Of a stretch of 64,000 bases of DNA, positions 44,435 through 54,011 are shown one piece after another. Position 1 is the first letter of the stretch, and every line of letters starts with the position of its first letter. A model generated the notes under the pieces. The model saw only the letters and a program-made list of their open reading frames with translations. It was not told the DNA's origin and did not search any database. The stretch spans positions 25,473 through 89,472 of the forward strand of contig JAGBFG010000043.1 of NCBI GenBank assembly GCA_017936565.1. The letters run 5' to 3'. Made by a program: the position numbers and the translations under genes. The stretch is from Clostridia bacterium (GTDB lineage Bacteria; Bacillota; Clostridia; Oscillospirales; CAG-272).

Positions 44435-47400
44435 TCAGGAAACCTTGGAAACGGAGATAACGGCGTTTTCACCGTTGATGTTCCATTCCTTGCCGCCCTC
44501 GACAGACTCTGTTAAAATATCGTTTGCCAAGACGATGCGGCAGATTTCTTCCTTGTTGTCGGTGGCAATCTTCGCCAGGCGCGCGTTGCCCGCAATGGAA
44601 ACGATAATGCGGTCTGTCACCTCAAAGCCGCTGTCCTTTCTCATCGTTTGAATTTTGCTGACAAGCTCGTTGACAAAGCCCTCTTCTATGAGCGCATCTG
44701 TCAGGTTGGTATCCAAAACAACGGTAACGCCGCCGTTTTCAGCAACGGCAAAGCCTTCCTTCTTTTGCATATCAATCAAAAGGTCTTCCTTGGTAAGCTC
44801 GGCTGTGATAGAGGAAAGCGCAAGCTTCAAAACGCCGTTTTCATTCAATTCATCCATAGCGGCGTTGCCGTCAAGCAAGGAGAGCGCCGTTTTGATTTCA
44901 CCAAGCTGCTTGCCGTATTTCGGACCGACTGTTTTCAGCTGCGGCTTGAAGGTGTAGGTGGTGAACTCTCGCATAGAATCGGTAAAGAGAACCTCTTTCA
45001 CGTTCAGCTCCTTGCAAATGATATCGCAGAAGAAGGAAGAAAGAGCGGAAGAGGACTTCACGTACATCTTACCGATAGGCTGACGGTTCTTGATAACGGC
45101 GGCGTTTCTGGCGCTTCTGCCCAATACCACGATATCCAAAACCTCTGCCATATTTTGCTCCAAGGCGCTATCAATATAAGCGGCATCGGACACAGGGAAA
45201 TCGCAAAGATGCACGCTTACAGGCGCGTTTTTATCCACAGAAACCACTAAATTCCGATAAATATCCTCTGCCAGGAAGGGCACCAGGGGAGCGGAAATTT
45301 TAGCCAAAGTCACAAGAGCGGTATACAGCGTCATATAGGCGTTGATCTTATCCTGTGTCATATCCTTGCCCCAGTAGCGCTCACGGCTGCAACGGACATA
45401 CCAGTTGGACATTTCGTCCACAAAGCCATCCAGCACGCGGGTGGCTTCGGGAATTTGGTAATTTTCCAAGCACTTGTCTACCTGCCCGACCACCGTATGC
45501 AAGCGAGAGAGCAGCCATTTGTCCATCACGGAAAGCGTGTTATGGGACAGGGTGTATTCCATAGGATTGAAATTGTCGATGTTGGCATAGAGAACAAAGA
45601 AGGCATAGGTATTAAAGAAGGTGCCCATAAACTTTCTTTGCCCTTCGACCACCGCCTCGCCCGAGAAACGGTTGGGCAGCCAGGGGGCGCTGTTGGAATA
45701 GAAATACCAACGCACCGCATCCGCGCCAAACTCCTCCAAGGCTTCAAAGGGGTCAACGGCGTTGCCCTTGGATTTAGACATTTTTTGCCCGTCCTTATCC
45801 AAAACGTGTCCCAAGACCAAGACGTTTTTATAGGGGGCTTTATCAAAGATCAGGGTGGAGATTGCCATTAAGGAATAGAACCAGCCGCGCGTTTGGTCAA
45901 CGCCCTCGGAAATCCAATCCGCAGGGAAATGGCTCTCAAAGATTTCTTTGTTTTCAAAGGGATAATGCCATTGGGCAAAGGGCATAGAGCCCGAGTCAAA
46001 CCAGCAGTCAATTACCTCAGGCACACGGGTCATTTCGCCACCGCAATCAGGGCAGCGCAAGCGCACCTCGTCAATATAGGGACGGTGCAATTCAACGCTC
46101 TCGATAGGCTCCGTAGCCATTTCCTTCAACTCGGCAACAGAGCCGATAGCGTGGCGCTTGCCGCAGGAGCATTCCCAAATATTCAAGGGCGTTCCCCAAT
46201 AACGGTTACGGGAAATTCCCCAGTCCTGCACGTTTTCAAGCCAGTCACCAAAGCGCCCCTTGCCGATGTTTTCGGGCATCCAACGAACTGTATTATTGTT
46301 TTCAATCAGCCTTTCGCGCACCGAGCTCATACGGATAAACCAAGAGTCGCGGGCGTAATAAATCAAGGGGGTATTGCAACGCCAACAATGAGGATATTCG
46401 TGCTCAAATTTAGGAGCGTCAAACAGCTTGCCCTCTTTTTCAAGGTCGGAAAGAATAGGCATATCCGCCGCCTTGACAAACAGACCTGCATAGGGGGTTT
46501 CGGCGGTCATATTGCCCTTGCCGTCTACAAACTGTACAAAGGGCAGATCGTAATTTCTGCCGACGCGCGCGTCATCCTCACCGAAAGCAGGCGCGATATG
46601 AACGACACCCGTACCGTCTGACATCGTGACATAGGTGTCAACGGTAATGAAATGCGCCTTTTTCTTTTGCTTTGCCGCAGAATCCCCGGCGCAAGCGAAG
46701 AGAGGCTCATATTCCTTGCCCTCTAAGGTCTTGCCCGCAAAGGTCTCTAAAATTTCATAGGGCTCGTCCTCGCCCTTCAATACGGCAGGCACCAACGCCT
46801 TAGCCATATAATACACCAAGCCGTCTACCTTGTATAACACCTTGCAGTATTCTTCCTCAGGATGCACGCAAAGCGCCACGTTTGAGGGCAGAGTCCAAGG
46901 GGTCGTCGTCCAAACCAGAACGAAAGCGTCCTCGTCTTTCAGGCGGAAGCGGACAACCGCCGAGCGCTCCTTGACCGTTTTATAGCCTTGCGCTACCTCG
47001 TGGCTGGACAGGGGCGTTCCACAGCGAGGGCAATAAGGAACAATCTTGAAGCCCTTATACAAAAGCCCCTTATCGTAAATTTTCTTCAATGCCCACCATT
47101 CCGACTCAATAAAGGAATCGTGATAGGTGACGTAGGGTGCCTTCATATCTGCCCAGAAGCCGACACGGGCAGAAAAGTCTTCCCACATTTCCTTGTATTT
47201 CCAAACGCTTTCCTTGCACTTGTCAATAAAGGGAGAGAGCCCGTATGCCTCAATTTGCTCCTTGCCGTCAAGCCCGAGCTGCTTTTCCACTTCAAGCTCT
47301 ACGGGAAGCCCGTGGGTATCCCAGCCCGCCTTACGGGTCACGTGATATCCCTTCATTGTGCGGTAACGGGGAATCATATCCTTAATAACACGGGTCAGCA

Positions 47401-47578
47401 CGTGCCCGATATGAGGCTTTCCGTTTGCCGTGGGGGGACCGTCGTAGAAGGTGAACTCCTCTTTTCCTTCCCGCAGAGCAAGGCTCTTGCCGAACACGTC
47501 CTCTTTCTTCCAGAAGGAAAGGGTTTTCGCTTCGCGTTCTTTGAAATTCAAATTGGACGAAACCTTTTCAAAAATCAT
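44435..47578 (-). CDS. ileS: Isoleucine--tRNA ligase
   Basis: FYDGPPTANGKPHIGHVLTRVIKD (HIGH) and KMSKSKGN (KMSKS). 1047 aa from ATG 47578. The upstream in-frame extension is the T-box leader, not coding. Confidence 0.95.
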   Translation of the reverse strand: MIFEKVSSNLNFKEREAKTLSFWKKEDVFGKSLALREGKEEFTFYDGPPTANGKPHIGHVLTRVIKDMIPRYRTMKGYHVTRKAGWDTHGLPVELEVEKQLGLDGKEQIEAYGLSPFIDKCKESVWKYKEMWEDFSARVGFWADMKAPYVTYHDSFIESEWWALKKIYDKGLLYKGFKIVPYCPRCGTPLSSHEVAQGYKTVKERSAVVRFRLKDEDAFVLVWTTTPWTLPSNVALCVHPEEEYCKVLYKVDGLVYYMAKALVPAVLKGEDEPYEILETFAGKTLEGKEYEPLFACAGDSAAKQKKKAHFITVDTYVTMSDGTGVVHIAPAFGEDDARVGRNYDLPFVQFVDGKGNMTAETPYAGLFVKAADMPILSDLEKEGKLFDAPKFEHEYPHCWRCNTPLIYYARDSWFIRMSSVRERLIENNNTVRWMPENIGKGRFGDWLENVQDWGISRNRYWGTPLNIWECSCGKRHAIGSVAELKEMATEPIESVELHRPYIDEVRLRCPDCGGEMTRVPEVIDCWFDSGSMPFAQWHYPFENKEIFESHFPADWISEGVDQTRGWFYSLMAISTLIFDKAPYKNVLVLGHVLDKDGQKMSKSKGNAVDPFEALEEFGADAVRWYFYSNSAPWLPNRFSGEAVVEGQRKFMGTFFNTYAFFVLYANIDNFNPMEYTLSHNTLSVMDKWLLSRLHTVVGQVDKCLENYQIPEATRVLDGFVDEMSNWYVRCSRERYWGKDMTQDKINAYMTLYTALVTLAKISAPLVPFLAEDIYRNLVVSVDKNAPVSVHLCDFPVSDAAYIDSALEQNMAEVLDIVVLGRSARNAAVIKNRQPIGKMYVKSSSALSSFFCDIICKELNVKEVLFTDSMREFTTYTFKPQLKTVGPKYGKQLGEIKTALSLLDGNAAMDELNENGVLKLALSSITAELTKEDLLIDMQKKEGFAVAENGGVTVVLDTNLTDALIEEGFVNELVSKIQTMRKDSGFEVTDRIIVSIAGNARLAKIATDNKEEICRIVLANDILTESVEGGKEWNINGENAVISVSKVS

Positions 47579-47589
47579 TTTTATCTGAT

Positions 47590-47880
47590 CCTTTCTGCGC
47601 TTTGCGCCTGTTCTCAAAATAAAAAGGCTTTGCCTTGTATACACGCTTGTATGCACGCTTGTATGCACAAGGCAAAGCCACCGCTTTATAACCACCTGTC
47701 ACATACTGTCATATGCCGTCCCTTCACGGTGGACCTCCGTTGCGCCTTACTCTGTTGGGGCGCACAGCTCGAAAGTGATTTTCAGACTATATACTCCCCC
47801 ATCGGCTCACACCATACCCGACTCGCTTTGGGCTTTCCATAGACCTACTCTCTTTGTCATCGCCTTTGCTTTTATCAAAA
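47590..47880 (-). promoter_or_regulatory. T-box leader (tRNA-Ile-responsive riboswitch) with terminator
   Basis: Minus strand: GCGATGAcaaAGAGAGTAG (stem I GA/AGAGA motifs) and GAAAATCA (candidate AUC specifier at 47779-47777). A GGTGG-containing T-box region follows, then terminator GGCTTTGCCTTGT (47679-47667)/ACAAGGCAAAGCC (47638-47626) plus a T-run. Confidence 0.8.
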
Positions 47881-47883
47881 AAG

Positions 47884-47912
47884 AGTATACCATAAAGCAT
47901 ACAATTTGTCAA
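47884..47912 (-). promoter_or_regulatory. sigma-A-type promoter of the ileS T-box leader
   Basis: Minus strand: TTGACA (47912-47907), 17-nt spacer, TGg-TATACT (-10 at 47889-47884). Confidence 0.5.
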
Positions 47913-47940
47913 GAGAAAAAACATTTATGGGGCGCTTCTC

Positions 47941-49278
47941 TTATTTCTTTTCCTCTACCACCGAAACCTCTTCTATCCCGTAGTACAGGCAAAGGGCTAC
48001 CGCTTCCTCGGAAAGCCGCTCTCCGCAAAGAGCGATGGGCACAGCAGGGGGGCAGGAAACGGTTGCGGATGCTAAAATTCTTCCCGCCGCCGCGGTAATT
48101 GGCACGCGCTCCGTTTTGGCAAGCATCGCCGCCGCTAAGGAAAGCTCGGGGCTTTTCAAGGATGCGCACGGGGGCTTTTCTTCAATCGGCGCCCTTTTAG
48201 GCAGGGAAAGCAGCGCCGCCATCGCTCTTGCCATATCTCTTTTCTGGGTAGAGGGCGAGAGCATCAAAACCAGATACTCTCTATCGGCAAACTCGGCGTA
48301 CACACCCTTTTTCTCCAAAGCCTTGGCAAGCATCTCTCCCGTATATCCGTAATCCTTGGCATACAGGGTGATTTTGCAAGGCTCTCCCTGTAAAACGGTA
48401 TAGCCGCCAAGTGTCAATCTTTCTTTACATTCCTTTGCCAAAGCCACTGCCTTCGCCACATCTGCGCGCCCCTTCTCTTCAAGGTAGGCGTTTGCCATAT
48501 CCAAGGATTGCAAAATCAAATAAGAAGGGCTTGTGGTGGCAAAGAAGGCAAGCGCCCTCTCTGCGTTCTCCGCAAAAAAGTCGGGTGCCACGTTGGCAAT
48601 ATGAAAATATCCGCCCCCCGTCAATACGGGAAGGGTCTTATGGGCAGAGTCCACCACCAAATCCGCCCCCAAATCCAAGGGATGCAGAGAACGGAACAGA
48701 AATTTGAGGTAGGCGCCGTGGGCATTATCCACGCAAAGCAGGCAACCGTACCGATGGCATAGGTCAGCAAGAGTGCCAACGTCCGCCATATTCCCAAGAT
48801 AATCGGGAGAGGTAATGTAGAGTGCCAAGGGCGCTACCTCTTTAATAGCCCTTTCCCACTCGTCAAGAGAAAGAGTAGAAGAAAGAAGCTCCTTTTGCGA
48901 GGAAAGCCAATGAACAGGCAAATCGAGCAGGCCAGCGGCGTTCATAAAGCTTTTATGCGCGTTTCTTGCCGCCAAAATCACGGGTTTTCTTTCCTCTCTT
49001 GCGGCGTACTGCTTCAAAAGCAGAAGCATCGCGCGAATAGAAAGCGAGGAGCCCTCGGTAGAATAGAGCGTTTTATGGGAACCAAAAAGGCGGGTGGCGT
49101 TTTTCTGGCTTTCGGCGATGATGCCCGTGCCGTGATAGAGAACATCCGCTCCCGTAATCTCTGTAATATCCCGTGCCTCAACCCCCAAGGTGCCCTTGCC
49201 CTTGTGCCCCGGCATATGTAGGCGCGCAGGACGCTTCTTGGCGTATGCCCTTACAAAATCACAGATGGGTGTATTCAT
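47941..49278 (-). CDS. PLP-dependent Orn/Lys/Arg decarboxylase-family protein
   Basis: MNTPICDFVRAYAKKRPARLHMPGHKG is typical of the N-terminus of this family, and DSAHKTLP is the PLP-Lys motif. ATG 49278 follows GAGG. Confidence 0.75.
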   Translation of the reverse strand: MNTPICDFVRAYAKKRPARLHMPGHKGKGTLGVEARDITEITGADVLYHGTGIIAESQKNATRLFGSHKTLYSTEGSSLSIRAMLLLLKQYAAREERKPVILAARNAHKSFMNAAGLLDLPVHWLSSQKELLSSTLSLDEWERAIKEVAPLALYITSPDYLGNMADVGTLADLCHRYGCLLCVDNAHGAYLKFLFRSLHPLDLGADLVVDSAHKTLPVLTGGGYFHIANVAPDFFAENAERALAFFATTSPSYLILQSLDMANAYLEEKGRADVAKAVALAKECKERLTLGGYTVLQGEPCKITLYAKDYGYTGEMLAKALEKKGVYAEFADREYLVLMLSPSTQKRDMARAMAALLSLPKRAPIEEKPPCASLKSPELSLAAAMLAKTERVPITAAAGRILASATVSCPPAVPIALCGERLSEEAVALCLYYGIEEVSVVEEKK

Positions 49279-49289
49279 ATTTTTCCGCC

Positions 49290-50669
49290 TCACGACTCAA
49301 ACGCCTTCGCCACTTCTACGTAAATGGCGCACTCCATACGCTTGCGGAACAGCTCGCACCCGGGCTCATACACGCCCAAAACGCTGCCGGTTGCGTGATA
49401 GGCGTTGGCGGCGCAGCCGCCCGAGCAATAAAGCTTTGCCCAGCAATTTTTACATTCCTCGTGGGCATAGACGTTGCATTGCTTAAATTCGTTCTGCCTT
49501 GCGGTATTTTGCACCCCATCGTACACGTTGCCAAGCTTGAAGGATTCATCTCCCACAAACTGATGGCAAGGGTAAAGGTCCCCCCAAGGCGTCACCGCCA
49601 TATATTCCGTTCCCGAGCCGCAGCCCGAAATGCGTTTATAGATACAAGGGCCGCCCGTCAGGTCTATCATATAATGGTAGAACGTAAAGGGTCTTCCCTC
49701 TTTACGACGCGCAAGCATCAGATCCGCCAATTCCTCATACTGCTTTTTCACCAGAACAATATCCTCATCCGTCAAGGCAGAAGGGTCATTGGGCGCGCAC
49801 ACAACGGGCTCCATACTAAGCTCGGTAAAGCCAAGGTCAAGCATTTGCTTGATATCCTCTAAAAAATCGGGGTTTGCGTGGGTAAACGTGCCGCGCATAT
49901 AGTAGCCTTTACCGCCGCGCGCCTCGACAAAGCGCTGAAACTTCGGCACGATTTTTTCCCAGCTACCCTTGCCTGAAAAGTCAACGCGAAATCTGTCGTG
50001 CACTTCTTTTCTGCCGTCAAGGCTCAACACCACGTTGCTCATTTCACGGTTGGAAAATTCGATGACCTCGTCATCGATCAGCATACCGTTCGTGGTCAGG
50101 GTGAAACGAAACTCCTTGCCCGTTTCCTTTTCCCGTTCTCTGGCATACGCCACCAAGCGCTTCACCACGTCCCAGTTCATCAGGGGCTCGCCCCCGAAGA
50201 AATCCACCTCTAAATGACGGCGCGTTCCTGAATTCTCAATTAAAAAATCCAGCGCCCGCTTGCCTGTTTCATAAGACATCAAGCCTCTCTCTCCGCTATA
50301 TCTGCCTTGACTTGCAAAGCAATACGAGCAGTTCAAGTTGCAGGTATGCGCCACGTGAAGACACAGCGCCTTCACCACATTAGAGGTTTTTTCTTTCAGC
50401 TTGTTTGCCATAGGCTTGAAAGTGTCCTCTGCAAAAAGCCTGCCCGTCTTTTCCAAAGCGGCAACCTCACCGTAGCATTCCGCCACGTCTTTTTCCTCAA
50501 TGCCCTTGCTCTCTTTATATTTTTCGGTCAGGATAGAGATAACTTCCTCTTTGCTGTGCGTCTTGAAAAGGGCGATGATGTCGTATGCCACCTCGTCCAC
50601 AACGTGAATGGCGCCTGAAAACACATCAATAACGATGTTATATCCGCCCTGCTTATACTGATGTACCAT
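49290..50669 (-). CDS. scfB: Radical SAM/SPASM thioether-forming SCIFF peptide maturase
   Basis: CNLNCSYCF (CxxxCxxC) and C-terminal SPASM cysteines (CGSGTEYMAVTPWGDLYPCHQF...CKNCWAKLYCSGGCAANA). It lies immediately downstream of a SCIFF peptide gene. Confidence 0.9.
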   Translation of the reverse strand: MVHQYKQGGYNIVIDVFSGAIHVVDEVAYDIIALFKTHSKEEVISILTEKYKESKGIEEKDVAECYGEVAALEKTGRLFAEDTFKPMANKLKEKTSNVVKALCLHVAHTCNLNCSYCFASQGRYSGERGLMSYETGKRALDFLIENSGTRRHLEVDFFGGEPLMNWDVVKRLVAYAREREKETGKEFRFTLTTNGMLIDDEVIEFSNREMSNVVLSLDGRKEVHDRFRVDFSGKGSWEKIVPKFQRFVEARGGKGYYMRGTFTHANPDFLEDIKQMLDLGFTELSMEPVVCAPNDPSALTDEDIVLVKKQYEELADLMLARRKEGRPFTFYHYMIDLTGGPCIYKRISGCGSGTEYMAVTPWGDLYPCHQFVGDESFKLGNVYDGVQNTARQNEFKQCNVYAHEECKNCWAKLYCSGGCAANAYHATGSVLGVYEPGCELFRKRMECAIYVEVAKAFES

Positions 50670-50770
50670 ATGTATGACCTGTCCTTCGCGCCAGCGAAGG
50701 CTCCCTTTCTTCTTGGGTTTTTGCTCCTACTGTGCAAAAGCGCCACCATAATGGCGGCGCTTTTGTCTAA

Positions 50771-50917
50771 TCACTTGTTTTCGTTCTCGCACTTCTGGTT
50801 TGCGATACCGCAGCTCGTTTTGCAGGCAGACTGGCAAGAGGTCTGGCATTCGCCGCATCCGCCGTTCTTTGCGCTTTCGCAAAGGTTACGAGTTTCTAAT
50901 GTTTTGATATGCTCCAT
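50771..50917 (-). CDS. scfA: SCIFF (six-cysteines-in-forty-five) ribosomal peptide precursor
   Basis: Own translation (48 aa, below the track cutoff): MEHIKTLETRNLCESAKNGGCGECQTSCQSACKTSCGIANQKCENENK. It contains the hallmark GGCGECQTSCQSACKTSC. RBS AAGGAGAG. Confidence 0.9.
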   Translation of the reverse strand: MEHIKTLETRNLCESAKNGGCGECQTSCQSACKTSCGIANQKCENENK

Positions 50918-50950
50918 TGTTTTCTCTCCTTGGAAAGATTGTTTTTCTCA

Positions 50951-50979
50951 TTATAGCACAGAAGAAAAGAAAAGTCAAT
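50951..50979 (-). promoter_or_regulatory. Strong sigma-A-type promoter of scfA
   Basis: Minus strand: TTGACT (50979-50974), 17-nt spacer, TGc-TATAAT (-10 at 50956-50951). Confidence 0.55.
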
Positions 50980-51018
50980 ACCGCGCTATCCTTTTTTGCG
51001 ATTTTGTCTTGTATTTTT

Positions 51019-51047
51019 TTGCATACTGTGTTATAATTCACTATAAT
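51019..51047 (+). promoter_or_regulatory. sigma-A-type promoter of proBAC
   Basis: TTGCAT (51019-51024), 17-nt spacer, TATAAT (51042-51047). Confidence 0.5.
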
Positions 51048-51099
51048 AAAGATTATTTTCTTTTTCAGAATGCCGTTTTATCGGCAAAAGGGAGATTGT

Positions 51100-51873
51100 A
51101 TGAGAATTGTAGTAAAAATCGGCACCTCCACCTTAACGCATCCGAGCGGCTGTCTCAATATTCGCAGCACCGAGCTGCTTTGCAAGGTTTTGAGCGATTT
51201 GAAAAACAAGGGAAACAATATTATTATCGTAAGCTCTGGCGCTATCGGTATGGGCGTTGGCAAGCTTTCCCTGCGAGAAAAGCCCGCCGATATTCCCACA
51301 AAGCAGGCATCTGCCGCCGTTGGGCAATGCGAGCTGATGTATACATATGACAAAATGTTCTCGGAATATAACCATACCATCGCCCAGATTTTGATTACGG
51401 GAGATGACTTTTCTCACGAGGACAGACACCGCAATTTTGCCAACACGATGGAAAGACTGTTGGATTTCGGGGTGCTTCCCATCATCAACGAGAACGACTC
51501 TATCGCCACCGATGAAATCAAGGTGGGCGACAATGACACCCTCTCCGCTCTCGTTGCCAAAAGCATTAAGGCTGACCTTTTGGTTATCCTCTCCGACATT
51601 GACGGGCTTTACGACAAGGACCCTCACAAGGAAGCCTCTGCCCGCCTCATTGACGTGGTGGAAGAGCTGACGCCCGACATTATGGCGCTGGGCGAGGGCG
51701 CAGGCTCTGCCTTAGGAACAGGCGGTATGAAAACGAAGCTTGACGCCGCTAAAATCTGTACGGAAGCCGGGTGTGATATGTCAATAGTCAACGGTCAAAA
51801 TCCCGAGCTTTTGTATGATGTTATCGAAGGAAAAAGAGTGGGGACGCGCTTTTGCGCCAAAAAGCCCCTATAA
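51100..51873 (+). CDS. proB: Glutamate 5-kinase (short form without PUA domain)
   Basis: MRIVVKIGTSTLTHPSGCLNI...IIIVSSGAIGMG...INENDSIATDEIKVGDNDTLSALVA. 257 aa. Confidence 0.9.
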   Translation: MRIVVKIGTSTLTHPSGCLNIRSTELLCKVLSDLKNKGNNIIIVSSGAIGMGVGKLSLREKPADIPTKQASAAVGQCELMYTYDKMFSEYNHTIAQILITGDDFSHEDRHRNFANTMERLLDFGVLPIINENDSIATDEIKVGDNDTLSALVAKSIKADLLVILSDIDGLYDKDPHKEASARLIDVVEELTPDIMALGEGAGSALGTGGMKTKLDAAKICTEAGCDMSIVNGQNPELLYDVIEGKRVGTRFCAKKPL

Positions 51874-51907
51874 GCCATCCCGAAATTTTGATAAAAGGAA
51901 TAAAGCT

Positions 51908-53158
51908 ATGATTTTTTCGTTATTAAAGCGCGCCAAGGCGTGCGTGACCGAGGCTGCTTGCTTGACAGAAGCGGCGCGGAACAAGGCTTTGCTTTCTATG
52001 GCAGAGCATTTGGTTCTGCACACCCAAGATATTCTGGAAGCCAACGCCAAGGATATGGAAAAGGCAACCCACCTTTCTCTCGTGATGAAGGACAGGCTTG
52101 CGCTGAACGCCTGGCGGATTGAAGCGATGGCAGAGGGGATAAGACAAGTCGCCTCTCTTTCTGATCCCTTAGGAAAGGTGCTTGACCGCCGCCTTCACGC
52201 AAACGGAATGAAAATTCAAAAAATCACCGTTCCCTTTGGGGTTGTGGCGGTGATTTTTGAGAGCCGCCCCAACGTTTCGGCAGATACTGCCGCGTTGACG
52301 GTGAAAAGCGGCAACGTTTGTATACTGCGCGGTGGAAAGGACAGTCTTTGCTCCTGCGAGGCGATTGTCCTTGCGTTAAGAGAAGGCTTAAAAAAGGCGG
52401 GCGTTCCAGAGGACCTTGTGCAGCTCGTGAAGGACCCCACCCACGAAAGCGCCGGCGTTCTTATGACCGCCAAGGAGTACGTGGACCTTTTAATTCCCCG
52501 TGGGGGAAAGGGACTGATTAAGGCTTGCGTGGAAAACGCCACCGTTCCCTGCATTGAAACGGGAACGGGTATTTGCCATATTTATGTAGACAGCACCGCC
52601 GATTTTGACAAGGCGCTTGCCATTATCAAGAACGCCAAGACCAGCCGCCCTTCCGTTTGCAACGCAGCAGAGGTTTGTCTTGTAAGCCAAGATATTGCCC
52701 CCGCCTTTTTACCTCTTCTGCGTAAGGCGCTGGTGGATGATCGCTTGGCAGAGGGGCAAAAGCCCGTCGAGCTTCGTCTTTGCCCCTTGTCCTTGGCTTA
52801 CACAGAGGGAAAAGCGGCAGGCGAAGAGGATTTTGACACTGAGTTTTTAGACTACATTTTAGCCGTCAAGATTGTCAAGGACGTAAAGGACGCCCTTACC
52901 CATATCTCTCTTCACTCCACCCATCACAGCGATGCCATTATAACCGAAGCAGAGGAAAACGCAAGGCTCTTTATCGCCTCGGTGGATAGCGCGGCGGTGT
53001 ATGTCAATGCTTCTACCCGTTTTACCGACGGGGGAGAATTTGGCAACGGCGCGGAGATAGGCATTTCCACGCAAAAGCTGCACGCAAGAGGTCCTATGGG
53101 CATCGGCGAATTGACTACCTACAAATACGTCATAGAGGGAACAGGACAGATACGTTAA
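51908..53158 (+). CDS. proA: Glutamate-5-semialdehyde dehydrogenase (gamma-glutamyl phosphate reductase)
   Basis: FESRPNV...ILRGGKDS...SRPSVCNAAE (catalytic Cys)...HSTHHSDAIIT...NASTRFTDGGEFG. Confidence 0.9.
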   Translation: MIFSLLKRAKACVTEAACLTEAARNKALLSMAEHLVLHTQDILEANAKDMEKATHLSLVMKDRLALNAWRIEAMAEGIRQVASLSDPLGKVLDRRLHANGMKIQKITVPFGVVAVIFESRPNVSADTAALTVKSGNVCILRGGKDSLCSCEAIVLALREGLKKAGVPEDLVQLVKDPTHESAGVLMTAKEYVDLLIPRGGKGLIKACVENATVPCIETGTGICHIYVDSTADFDKALAIIKNAKTSRPSVCNAAEVCLVSQDIAPAFLPLLRKALVDDRLAEGQKPVELRLCPLSLAYTEGKAAGEEDFDTEFLDYILAVKIVKDVKDALTHISLHSTHHSDAIITEAEENARLFIASVDSAAVYVNASTRFTDGGEFGNGAEIGISTQKLHARGPMGIGELTTYKYVIEGTGQIR

Positions 53159-53193
53159 GCCTACCCTTTTGCTTAAAAGAAAGGATTTCAAAT

Positions 53194-54006
53194 ATGGATA
53201 AACGGATATATAAGGTCGGCTTTGTTGGCTGTGGTAATATGGGGGGCGTTTTGCTTCGCCGTGTCATTGAGAACATCGGTGCTGAGCATACTGCCATCTG
53301 CGAGCCTATGCCCGAAAAGGCGCAAGCCTTTGTAGATATGGGGGCTGACGCTCTTTCCTTGACGGAATTGGCAAGCCACTCTGAAATCATTTTTCTGGCG
53401 GTCAAGCCCCAAGTTCTTCCCGCGGTATTGACCGATATGAAGGACGCTCTTGCCCAAAATCCCACTGCCCTTCTGGTCACCATGGCGGCAGGCGTTGATA
53501 TTGCCAAAGTCGCTTCTTTGGTAAAGAGCGAGCATTCTATCATCCGCATTATGCCGAACCTACCCGCCTCTGTTGGCAAGGGCGTCATTTTGTACTGCAC
53601 GAATGAGAAAACCACCCAAGCGGAAAAGGCTCTTTTTCTGTCGCTTTTGCAGGGGGCAGGTCTTTTGGATGCTATTTCCGAAGAGGATATTGACGCGGCA
53701 AGCGTGGTTTCGGGATGCGGTCCTGCCTTTGTGTACCGCTTTGCCGAGGCGTTTGTCAAGGCAGCCGTTGCCTGCGGCGTGGAAGAGGAAAAGGCGCTCC
53801 TTTATGTAAAGCATACTTTACTTGGCGCTGCGAGCGTGATGTGTCAAACCCAGACGCCGCTTTCCTCGTTGGTAGACGCGGTTTGCAGCCCCAAGGGCAC
53901 CACCATTGAAGGCATTGACAAGCTAAACGCCCTTGATGTTGACGCCTTGCTGAAAGAAACCCTGCAAGCTTCCTATGCACGCACCTTAGAATTAAAGAAG
54001 GGGTAA
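53194..54006 (+). CDS. proC: Pyrroline-5-carboxylate reductase
   Basis: VGFVGCGNMGGVL (NADP fold)...IFLAVKPQV...RIMPNLPASVGKG...CSPKGTTIEG. Confidence 0.88.
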   Translation: MDKRIYKVGFVGCGNMGGVLLRRVIENIGAEHTAICEPMPEKAQAFVDMGADALSLTELASHSEIIFLAVKPQVLPAVLTDMKDALAQNPTALLVTMAAGVDIAKVASLVKSEHSIIRIMPNLPASVGKGVILYCTNEKTTQAEKALFLSLLQGAGLLDAISEEDIDAASVVSGCGPAFVYRFAEAFVKAAVACGVEEEKALLYVKHTLLGAASVMCQTQTPLSSLVDAVCSPKGTTIEGIDKLNALDVDALLKETLQASYARTLELKKG

Positions 54007-54011
54007 GAAGA

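Noticed and set aside
46988-47842. 284-aa + strand ORF opposite the ileS 5' end and the T-box leader
   Set aside because: It overlaps ileS coding sequence and a structured leader RNA, and has no RBS or recognisable motif.
50661-51350. 229-aa + strand ORF spanning scfA (antisense), the divergent promoter region and the start of proB
   Set aside because: It crosses two consensus promoters, is antisense to the hallmark SCIFF peptide, and overlaps proB out of frame.
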